Positions 29,201 through 34,185 of a stretch of DNA of 64,000 nucleotides are shown piece after piece (the stretch's first letter is position 1; the number at the start of each line of letters is the position of its first letter). This DNA is from Candidatus Nealsonbacteria bacterium. GTDB taxonomy: Bacteria > Patescibacteriota > Minisyncoccia > Minisyncoccales > JANBVM01. The notes beneath the pieces were generated by a model. That model saw only the letters and a program-made list of their open reading frames with translations, was not told the origin of the DNA and made no database searches. The position numbers were made by a program, and so were the translations under genes. The stretch is taken from assembly GCA_047456315.1 (NCBI GenBank), contig CP179889.1, positions 576,776 through 640,775 of the forward strand, read 5' to 3'.

Positions 29201-29642
29201 AATTTATTTTATTTATTTTTTTATTTATTTTTTTAAATAAATTAAATAAAAATAAATATGTTTTTTGAATTTTTTTATTGTGAAAAACAACTTTTTTTTG
29301 CTCATTAAAAAAAGAAATTCCCAAAGATTTTCTTTGGGCTAAAAATTTCAATTCTTTTTTATATACTCTTTTTAATTTTCTTCTCTGCTCTTTGTATTCA
29401 CTCTCAATGCTTTTTATTTTGTTCTTAATCAACAAGATTAATGAAACTATTTGCTTATAAAGCTTCTTTTTTTGTCTCTTTAGTAAACGAATATTCTTTT
29501 TTAAAAATCTTCTAATCTGAACCAACAAAACTCTGATTCTTTTCAAATGAAAAAACCTTCTAACTTGAATTAACAAAACCCTGGTTCTTTTTAAAGACCA
29601 AATTCTGATTTTTTTCCAAATTGTTATGATTTTTTTTGTCAT
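23223..29642 (-). CDS. Giant (2139 aa) single-pass surface protein
   Basis: From the N-terminus: ~475 aa Lys/Arg-rich repetitive region, one TM helix (IVSLVLIVVLILSFMGPIF), and beta-rich Asn/Ser/Thr modules including three copies of a ~178-aa module. Then IPT/TIG-like repeats (ITVSGSNFG, ITINGNRFA, VVISGNHFC), a Pro/Glu linker, a coiled-coil repeat (TEFSRQTIKTVDKGI / TQFSHQVIKVVDQGI), and a C-terminal carboxypeptidase-regulatory-like beta-sandwich. Confidence 0.85.
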   Translation of the reverse strand: MTKKIITIWKKIRIWSLKRTRVLLIQVRRFFHLKRIRVLLVQIRRFLKKNIRLLKRQKKKLYKQIVSLILLIKNKIKSIESEYKEQRRKLKRVYKKELKFLAQRKSLGISFFNEQKKVVFHNKKIQKTYLFLFNLFKKINKKINKINYFLIKYKNLFIEIINDEKQVFKNLFNSIGNGALKLIDFFESYQKEMEKLFFQAVFNKAPKKANLIKNKAKKAISDYIHEYKKLSKKYTCDYQKRFKILERSLLKQRSLTIRFTSKKIKIIRYEFSKYKKEFIKERIKTEKEIKKYLFLFKKENKKIFLKNYKSFIFSFEEKKKLLKSEINHRRQLLAFIFKNINLKLFKFKIHFKLLKIRFWHRIVYKKERIKIKTKALLVYYRKLLFEICNDEKQVFKKALNSTGERVLGFMDFIEWYQNELGVSVKQGIQKIDGKISGAFSNYIEGVVKAKEIFQKSTLTIKRIWPEQIKYEISSKQIVSLVLIVVLILSFMGPIFNFRSESQKVKAAETVYSPTNNAAVVGGFTDPINAYSSNDSYATSLPNDDSHDYYDYNISLSGNSIDKVEVGYEACGDEKIAISVSWDGGGSNWSAEQVSSALSDCNGETVVYWDFTSATTWDDTKLNNTNFRVRVRHDQQGGPGTNSYDWIPVRITYTLVSPILNQRSYRWQNDNGANVNSNTNSANADTSLTMEKGERAIWRVQLDNTGTAAATSKVYKLQFKTFGTGCSAAETWYDATGTTAISYSLGLAGVNGDAISAAVTDTTSSCDDGCTGFTNGTWHENVSTSSAHTLDIDYNTEFGFMIETSNAAENTSYCLRLYNNTDTQILDNYSSYGQLSIVSSVTKRYSKTSQGSLPIDESDLTYYLDDTGYTAVATDDSSYDPATSSSAYPIFLFAEKHTNNTDDIDIDWDGQTTVACDINTVYLQAYNSNSSSWDNLATNTTCSANTDFLLEATIDTNPGYYYDASNWVYIRVYQASGNQTLKADYINVVFITPITFTQKDFRFYDNIDNIQPTTPKADENTAITNVATNDVLRLRMNIQIASSSLATSTQAFKLQYASTTATCDSGLNWYDTGAISSGTIWRGYNNTTPADGASITSSLLDSQTNKLETYEEENNSLSNPVAIEIGEKGEWDWVVEDNGAIANTDYCFRMVKSDDSVLNTYTNYPKLTTASTTLIQNYYRFYDNIDNIQPTTPKADENTAITNVATNDVLRIRTSIQIASSSLATSTQAFKLQYASTTATCDSGLNWYDTGAISSGTIWRGYNNTTPADGASITSSLLDSQTNKLETYEEENNSLSNPVAIEIGEKGEWDWVVEDNGASASTTYCFKMVKADGTALSVYTQYPKLITVSGPDATSFTNDTEPGLTDGGRINQQITVSGSNFGSSCSSPQSKVKIGSYSISCDDVSSWNSTNITFTIAPDINVFGGSNSNGLIVRANAVDDSSLLTFYIYPDITSLTTPQITNAAREYSSSDSDGIITINGNRFADSTGIITVLGESATVNSWADTAIAIRIPTSISDNSYTGNIVLTRSSDSKADNWTNFRILPRITSLSPSSAQAGESVVISGNHFCQSGTCPEQGNRASSSDKITINGVLVEDSKISVWTDTSITIEIPDDASSGNIIVRSNNYDSNSKSFTLTGEEEEVPEVTAPAPTHPSGEAPPEPEEEIPSPIIIDLLIADLKIRIINIQKEILRLQEELQKQILPEPEIEEPLPVPILPEIPEPPVVLPEPLFPPIEIEAPQVLKELGKEIIETTQDVIIKTSEIIDNITDFVGESFENIAERTQETTKSVTEFSRQTIKTVDKGISSTISEIKESRDSVIKNIIKQVQENTRKITQFSHQVIKVVDQGINLIIDRAAYFSDLPIRQLKSYQTYLQIPLQEKLLLEEKVVKKRAVPQPSVSPEIVRIDTIMVRSAFGNIDLDLIDKRAHVIAGKEIAVFIKPSKPISTLKGFLYFEKTSQIELKHTFYLPFISKVSAASVFAKTYEIQSFKFEGPDEKGFFKAILYMPPVTGEYKLGVDINFIDGTEKSVEKIVLVDPEGYIYEQLKRGELRIKGAKASLFVFDKSTDGYILWPAESYDQKNPQITDQTGQYSFLVPEGKYYIKVEQLDYEGYQSEAFEVREGEPIHFNIKLELKSFWQRILK
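25694..26639 (-). repeat. Tandem 534-nt (178-codon) duplication inside the giant gene
   Basis: 25694-26105 and 26228-26639 are near-identical, with only a handful of mismatches by eye. The offset is exactly 534 nt, so the duplication is in frame. Confidence 0.9.
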
Positions 29643-29792
29643 GTTTTTTTTAAAATCAAAAGTATAGCCTCAGCTCAATAGCATAAAGGATATATTAGTT
29701 AATTATACGCCTAATACAAAGAATACGCCTGTGGATAAACCCACCAAGAGCCCAGCAATCATTCAGCTCTTGTCAAAAGCGCAATTATTCTT

Positions 29793-29810
29793 TTAAAGAC
29801 GTTAGAAAAA
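29793..29810 (-). repeat. Copy H (short, degenerate) of the repeat core
   Basis: Minus strand reads TTTTCTAACGTCTTTAAAAG, followed 16 nt later by TTGACA. Confidence 0.35.
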
Positions 29811-30417
29811 AATACAAAAGAAAATTTATTTTAATATTTCGATATCAAGAGTTTTAAAAATCTTGTCAACAATAACACTTACCTATTTTACATTTTTGTT
29901 GGTCACAGAAACTTGATGTTCTTTTCCCTCTGCCATAGTTCTTAAAGTCTGACAAACCAATCAATAAAAGCAGTGTTGTAATAACTGCTTGGTAGTTTGA
30001 AAAAATTGTTAGCAATAATTGTTTTGTAAATTTCTAATAACTTCTTGTTTGTTAAAAAAATTGTTCTGTTGATTTCTGGTTAACAATTATTTGGCTAACA
30101 ATTAAATTAATTTCCATTGCCAAAAATTTCAAACTCGCTCCATTCCCAACCTGAATGACAACCTCTCCAACTATGCTTAATTTGCAAATCATCAGACAGT
30201 GTTTGTGGCTTTAATAAAACATAATTGAAAATTAAAGAGAGGTTGTAATTTCAGTGATAATTATTACAATTGAATCCTTTTTCCTCATAAAATCCTTAAT
30301 AAACCTTAAAAATCATTATAAATCATATCTATTATCAGGATGTCTGAGAAATAGCTAAAATACTTATAATATAAGCAATAATTTCTGGAATAAAACCAGT
30401 AAAAATAGTTGATGTGT

Positions 30418-30445
30418 TTCGAGAAACGAACGATATTAAAACCCA
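30418..30445 (-). repeat. Copy G of the repeat core (overlaps a stop codon)
   Basis: Minus strand reads GGGTTTTAATATCGTTCGTTTCTCGAAAC. The TAA stop of the 143-aa ORF lies inside it. Confidence 0.45.
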
Positions 30446-30867
30446 TTTCTTTTTTTAATAGCTATCACCATAACACCTACCATGCCAATTAAAAAACCAA
30501 GAGGACAAACAAAAATTGCAATAAGGAAAAACGCCACGTGTAAAACTTCTGTCAAATAATTCAATAGAACAATATGACCAGTAATTATACTTAAAGCATA
30601 AAAGGCATTATGCAAAAAAACAAAGATAAAAAATCCAACAGCAGAAGCCCCTGTTAACAGCAAGAACTTTCTCAATACTCCTTTTATTCTTTTTTTCAAG
30701 GTTAAAAATATTAATACTACGCCCAAGAAAGAGAAAATAATAAATGGTAACAAAAAAAGCTCAGAACCTTTAAACAAGTTTCTAATTACTGGAATAAAAA
30801 ATTCACTCAATATAAAAAGAAAAAATCCTACTAATGCCCAGAATGTTATCGTTAAAGATTTCTTCAT
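30436..30867 (-). CDS. Hypothetical four-TM membrane protein
   Basis: ORF with four clear hydrophobic helices; no family recognised. Confidence 0.5.
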   Translation of the reverse strand: MKKSLTITFWALVGFFLFILSEFFIPVIRNLFKGSELFLLPFIIFSFLGVVLIFLTLKKRIKGVLRKFLLLTGASAVGFFIFVFLHNAFYALSIITGHIVLLNYLTEVLHVAFFLIAIFVCPLGFLIGMVGVMVIAIKKRNGF

Positions 30868-30876
30868 TGCTTTACT

Positions 30877-30910
30877 CTACCAAAAAATCGCCCTTTAGGC
30901 GATTTTTATT
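30877..30910 (-). repeat. Direct repeat of the sequence immediately 3' of tRNA-Asn (terminator module)
   Basis: CTACCAAAAAATCGCCCTTTAGGCGATTTTTATT here versus CTACCAAAAAACCGCCTTCTCGGCGATTTTTGTT at 33276-33309. They match at 29 of 34 positions. The sequence also folds as a hairpin flanked by A- and T-runs. Confidence 0.7.
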
Positions 30911-30964
30911 ATAAGCTTTCATTATTGAACGTACTTAAAATTTTTGATTGTAGAATAATTAGAA

Positions 30965-30985
30965 AAGAAATCGAACCGCTTAAAT
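30965..30985 (-). repeat. T-loop-like fragment (GCGGTTCGA) downstream of csp
   Basis: Minus strand reads AAGCGGTTCGATTTC, compared with GCGGGTTCGAGTCC in tRNA-Asn. It comes directly after the csp terminator hairpin (GCACCTT...AAGGTGC). Confidence 0.4.
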
Positions 30986-31029
30986 TAAACACAAAAGCAC
31001 CTTCAATATCAAGGTGCTTTTGTAGAGTA

Positions 31030-31230
31030 TTAGACTCGATTGACGTTTGTAGCACTAGGTCCTTTTTCGCCCTCAGTTACTTCAAATGTCACTTTGTCGC
31101 CTTCTTTGAGTTCGTTGAACTCTACGTTCTTAAGCTCGTTTGAATGGAAAAAGAGATCTTTTTCTTCACCCTCACGACTAATGAACCCAAATCCTCGATC
31201 AGTAAGTCGAGCAATTGTTCCTTCTTGCAT
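31030..31230 (-). CDS. cspA: Cold-shock domain protein
   Basis: Contains GTIARLTDRGFGFISREGEEKDLFFH, the RNP1/RNP2 motifs of the CSD. Confidence 0.92.
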   Translation of the reverse strand: MQEGTIARLTDRGFGFISREGEEKDLFFHSNELKNVEFNELKEGDKVTFEVTEGEKGPSATNVNRV

Positions 31231-31313
31231 AGAATTTAAAGAATTAATAAATAATGTTCGAAAATATAATACTGTAGAACAAAACCCGACTACGTTTTTC
31301 TTACAGTATCAGT

Positions 31314-31342
31314 ATAATACCATTTGTATAATTTTACGTCAA
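31314..31342 (-). promoter_or_regulatory. Sigma70-type promoter of csp
   Basis: Minus strand reads TTGACG - 17 nt - TATTAT. It leaves a ~75-nt leader containing the inverted repeat CTGTAAGAA...TTCTACAG. Confidence 0.55.
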
Positions 31343-31351
31343 TACTTAGTT

Positions 31352-31378
31352 CCAAGTCACGAACGACATTAAAACCTA
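31352..31378 (-). repeat. Copy E of the repeat core
   Basis: Minus strand reads ATAGGTTTTAATGTCGTTCGTGACTTGG, starting 12 nt after the stop of the 68-aa ORF. Confidence 0.45.
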
Positions 31379-31389
31379 TTTTGTTGGCA

Positions 31390-31596
31390 TTATTTAAAAA
31401 TTTTATTCTTAACTTTCTTAATTTCTGGTGGTTTTTCTAATAGTTGTCCTTTATATAATTTATATAAAAGAGGAATAACTCCACAATCTTTACATTTACC
31501 CCAAGCGCATTTTCCTTTCTTTTCTTTAAATAGTCTTTTACACATTGCAATCTCCTTATTAAAAATCTCTTTACTAATAACTTTTTTCTTTTTCAT
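31390..31596 (-). CDS. Small Lys-rich Cys-cluster protein (68 aa)
   Basis: ORF with C-x11-C-x5-C-x2-C (CKRLF...CAWGKCKDCG); no family name recalled. Confidence 0.45.
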   Translation of the reverse strand: MKKKKVISKEIFNKEIAMCKRLFKEKKGKCAWGKCKDCGVIPLLYKLYKGQLLEKPPEIKKVKNKIFK

Positions 31597-31610
31597 ATTC
31601 TTATTTTATC

Positions 31611-31668
31611 AAAAAACCGCCTAAAAGGCGATTTGCCAGGGCTCCGTATCGTGAACGATGTTAAAAAT
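31611..31668 (-). repeat. Copy C: repeat core plus a tRNA-Asn-terminator-like hairpin
   Basis: Minus strand reads TTTTTAACATCGTTCACGATACGGAGCCCTGGCAAATCGCCTTTTAGGCGGTTTTTTG. The CGGAGC and AAATCGCC-N4-AGGCGGTTTTTTG parts parallel the tRNA-Asn 3' end and its terminator. Confidence 0.6.
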
Positions 31669-31938
31669 AATCTAAAATGTTCCTGTTTCGAACTTGAATT
31701 TTGTACAACTATATAAAAATATTGGTCTTAGAAACTATGGAATAAAGAAAATGGTTAAAATTATAATTAAAACCATTTAAAAAAATTAGTCAGGAGGAAA
31801 TTTTAGGGCTTTCTTTATGTCTTCAAGCCCTTTTATTACTGTCTCTGTTTCTTCCTCTTTCTCTTCTGACTTTTTTTCTTCTACATTCTCAAAGAGCGTC
31901 ATATCATTTTATTACCTTATTTAAAGAATTTATCAACT

Positions 31939-31999
31939 AAAAAACCTGAGATAATATTTCGAGTTCACAGCTCTAGAGACTAGATGAGATTAAAACCTG
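31939..31999 (-). repeat. Copy F of the full ~60-nt unit (AT-decayed)
   Basis: Minus strand reads CAGGTTTTAATCTCATCTAGTCTCTAGAGCTGTGAACTCGAAATATTATCTCAGGTTTTTT. It differs from copy B mostly by transitions. Confidence 0.6.
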
Positions 32000-32047
32000 T
32001 TTAATTAAATAAAAAAAGTTGGCGACTAAGCACCAATCTTTAATAGA

Positions 32048-32218
32048 TTAATCTTTACTCCTTTTAAGATAAGCTTTAACTCCGCCTCTCTCTCCTCCAT
32101 TTATTACGTCCATTAATTCCCAGCCCTGCTTACCTAATTCGTTCAACTTATTTACATCCGAGCTATTACCTTTAAGCTTTAAAAATTCATATTCAAAAAT
32201 TTCCCTTATAAAAATCAC
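32048..32218 (-). CDS. DUF4177-like mini-protein (56 aa, GTG start)
   Basis: Own translation: VIFIREIFEYEFLKLKGNSSDVNKLNELGKQGWELMDVINGGERGGVKAYLKRSKD. The LNELG..GWEL core is DUF4177-like. Start codon uncertain. Confidence 0.4.
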   Translation of the reverse strand: MIFIREIFEYEFLKLKGNSSDVNKLNELGKQGWELMDVINGGERGGVKAYLKRSKD

Positions 32219-32277
32219 CTTTAATTTGTAATTTTAATCTACCTCTTTCTACTTCATATTTTGCTTATTGTCAAGTT

Positions 32278-32328
32278 AAAAACCCAAGAAATAATCTCGG
32301 GCAGGTCGTTGAAAGACGTTAGAACCTA
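32278..32328 (-). repeat. Copy D of the unit (core + hairpin + T-run)
   Basis: Minus strand reads TAGGTTCTAACGTCTTTCAACGACCTGCCCGAGATTATTTCTTGGGTTTTT. GACCTGCCCG matches tRNA-Asn GTCCTGCCCG at 9 of 10 positions. Confidence 0.6.
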
Positions 32329-32333
32329 TTTTA

Positions 32334-32606
32334 CTACCTGAACTGAATTACAAATAAGCCCTTTTCTTCAATTTCTTCTTTCTGTCCAAAATCATTAAGT
32401 TTAAACTTCGAAACATAATCTACCAACTTTTCTATTTTCCTTCCTGTGTATTGTCTAGTCTCTGGATTCCATTCCTCTAACACGAATGTGTCCCCTTCTT
32501 TAATATCAAAATCAGCTAACCTTAGCTCAAATCTCTTTTTACCAGAATTTATGAGCTCAAAATAATCTGGCCAGATTTTCTTTTTGATGATTGCCATATA
32601 TTTCAT
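32334..32606 (-). CDS. ASCH/DUF3850-like small protein
   Basis: Contains KKKIWPDYFELINSGKKRFELRLADFDIKEGDTFVLEEW, matching the DUF3850 pattern (K.fE.R..D....GD.l.L.E). Confidence 0.6.
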   Translation of the reverse strand: MKYMAIIKKKIWPDYFELINSGKKRFELRLADFDIKEGDTFVLEEWNPETRQYTGRKIEKLVDYVSKFKLNDFGQKEEIEEKGLFVIQFR

Positions 32607-32612
32607 TATATC

Positions 32613-32675
32613 AAAAACCCGAGAAACAATCTCGGGCTGAACGAAGCTCCGGGGGCTGGACGAGGTTAGAATCTG
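32613..32675 (-). repeat. Copy B of the unit (best preserved)
   Basis: Minus strand reads CAGATTCTAACCTCGTCCAGCCCCCGGAGCTTCGTTCAGCCCGAGATTGTTTCTCGGGTTTTT. Against tRNA-Asn GCGGGTTCGA/GTCCTGCCCGCGGAGC it scores 7 of 10 and 14 of 16, with a 5-nt insertion (ACCTC). Confidence 0.7.
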
Positions 32676-32688
32676 CTTAACACTTAAT

Positions 32689-33243
32689 TCATTGTAAAAA
32701 ATCAGGATCTACCTCTAAAAACTGTTTCATTTTATTCAGGGCAATTTTTCTCATAGACATAGAATCTTTTTCCTCCTGGCTCATTTCTGCAAAAGTTTTG
32801 TTATAGCCTTCTGGTTGAAAAATTGGATCCCATCCGAAACCACCTTCACCCCTTGGCTTCTCTGGTATTTGACCTTTAATTTCACCCGTAAATATCTTCG
32901 CCTCTTTGCCGTTGTAAAGGCAAATAGAGATTTTAGCAGTGACAGTGCGGTTCTTTTCTTGAAAAGCCAAGCACAATCCCTCGTTATCAAGAGTTTTCAA
33001 AATCCATTTAATCAACGCTCCTGGGAATCCTTGCCAGGCCTCAATGTAAAATCCTGTATCTTCAACCATCACTGGTTTTTTAACCTGCTCAAAAGCCCTC
33101 TTGGCCTTATCTTTAACTACCTCTTCTATCTTGAGAGTCTGAATCTCGTTGATATCTAAAAGTATCTTATCAACTTCAAAACCTAGAATGTCTTCTACTT
33201 CTTTAATCTTGTTTTCGCTAGATGTAATAAAATAAAGTTGCAT
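32689..33243 (-). CDS. rdgB: Non-canonical purine NTP pyrophosphatase (RdgB/HAM1 family)
   Basis: Contains FITSSENKIKE...EDTGFYIEAWQGFPG...GFGWDPIFQPEGYNKTFAEM. Confidence 0.88.
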   Translation of the reverse strand: MQLYFITSSENKIKEVEDILGFEVDKILLDINEIQTLKIEEVVKDKAKRAFEQVKKPVMVEDTGFYIEAWQGFPGALIKWILKTLDNEGLCLAFQEKNRTVTAKISICLYNGKEAKIFTGEIKGQIPEKPRGEGGFGWDPIFQPEGYNKTFAEMSQEEKDSMSMRKIALNKMKQFLEVDPDFLQ

Positions 33244-33280
33244 GGGTAAAAATTAATCTTTTATATAATTTCATCCTACC

Positions 33281-33300
33281 AAAAAACCGCCTTCTCGGCG
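33281..33300 (-). terminator. Intrinsic terminator after tRNA-Asn
   Basis: Minus strand reads CGCCGAGAAGGCG followed by GTTTTTT. Confidence 0.65.
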
Positions 33301-33311
33301 ATTTTTGTTTG

Positions 33312-33383
33312 CTCCGCGGGCAGGACTCGAACCCGCAACAACTGGATTAACAGTCCAGCGTTCTACCATTGAACTACCGCGGA
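33312..33383 (-). tRNA. tRNA-Asn (GTT)
   Basis: Hand-folded. Acceptor TCCGCGG/CCGCGGA; D-arm GTTC-AATGGTA-GAAC; anticodon arm CTGGA-CTGTTAA-TCCAG; T-arm GCGGG-TTCGAGT-CCTGC. No encoded CCA. Confidence 0.9.
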
Positions 33384-33397
33384 ATAATTAACAAAAT

Positions 33398-34069
33398 TTA
33401 TGTTTTGAAAAGACCAGATATCCAGCCTATAATTTTTCTCTGTATATTAACATCACTTATTCTTATCCTAAACACACCGTAAATGTTTTTTGTTTTTCTT
33501 AGTCGGTTGGGATTATTTTTTACAATATAAGTTTTTGTAAATTGACTAAGAGGAATTTTGGTAAGTTTTGACCAAAATTTTTTAGCTTTCTTCTCATCCA
33601 AGTTATCATGTAAATATATACTTCCTCGAAATTTCGCTTCAGGTATCTTACAAAATTCTCGAAGCCAACTCATCATAAATTTTATAGAACGGGAATCCGA
33701 ATTACTAAAAGCAACATGTTTATCTCCTTTCTCTCCTTCAGCAAAATACATAGATACCCCAGCTATGAACCTATCCCTTTTTGATAAATCACCTAATTCC
33801 CTTATTCCTTCTTTAATTAATCTTTTTGTTAGTTCTTCTCGCGCTCTTATTTTATTCATTGCTGCAATAATACTTCCTTTCAGGGCACCAGTTTTTTTAT
33901 TTAAATACAATTTTTCAAGTTGACTCTTACTCAATCTAACATCCCTAACCCATAAACTTACAGAAGACCTCGAAACACCTAACGTTTTCTGAATTTCTTT
34001 TATCGATATTCCTTTTTTCCGTAATTTTCTGGCCTTTAATTTTAATTCTAATTTACCTACATATACCAT
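33398..34069 (-). CDS. HTH protein with a LAGLIDADG-like homing-endonuclease-type C-terminal domain
   Basis: N-terminal HTH resembling resolvase or IS30 types (KGISIKEIQKTLGVSRSSVSLWVRDV). The central FIAGVSMYFAEGEKGD...VAFSNSD...FWSKLTKIP segment resembles LAGLIDADG-type endonuclease folds. Assigned from memory of motifs only. Confidence 0.45.
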   Translation of the reverse strand: MVYVGKLELKLKARKLRKKGISIKEIQKTLGVSRSSVSLWVRDVRLSKSQLEKLYLNKKTGALKGSIIAAMNKIRAREELTKRLIKEGIRELGDLSKRDRFIAGVSMYFAEGEKGDKHVAFSNSDSRSIKFMMSWLREFCKIPEAKFRGSIYLHDNLDEKKAKKFWSKLTKIPLSQFTKTYIVKNNPNRLRKTKNIYGVFRIRISDVNIQRKIIGWISGLFKT

Positions 34070-34080
34070 TATTGAATCTT

Positions 34081-34143
34081 CTCATATCGAACCTACAATT
34101 TCAAGTCTTATACCACCCGCACTACCATTACGCCACGACGGAA
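34081..34143 (-). pseudogene. Truncated, degenerate tRNA-like fragment
   Basis: Minus strand reads TCCGTCGTGGCGTAATGGTAGTGCGGGTGGTATAAGACTTGAAATTGTAGGTTCGATATGAG. Acceptor 5' strand, D-arm and GGTTCGA T-loop are recognisable. The anticodon stem does not pair, and there is no T-stem or acceptor 3' strand. The fragment runs into the ATG of the HTH ORF. Confidence 0.45.
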
Positions 34144-34185
34144 TGATATGTAAATATAATATAAAATCTTGAGTTTGTGAAGAGT

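Noticed and set aside
29793-32680. Integron attC interpretation of the intergenic repeats. The core GTTCTAAC..TCGTTC resembles the R''/L'' boxes of some attC sites (for example the GTCTAACAATTCGTTCAAGC type).
   Set aside because: I found no matching R' (GTTRRRY) or L' partner at the expected 50-130 nt distance, and no imperfect palindrome spanning each site. No IntI-like gene is present in the window. The similarity to the tRNA-Asn 3' end explains the sequence better.
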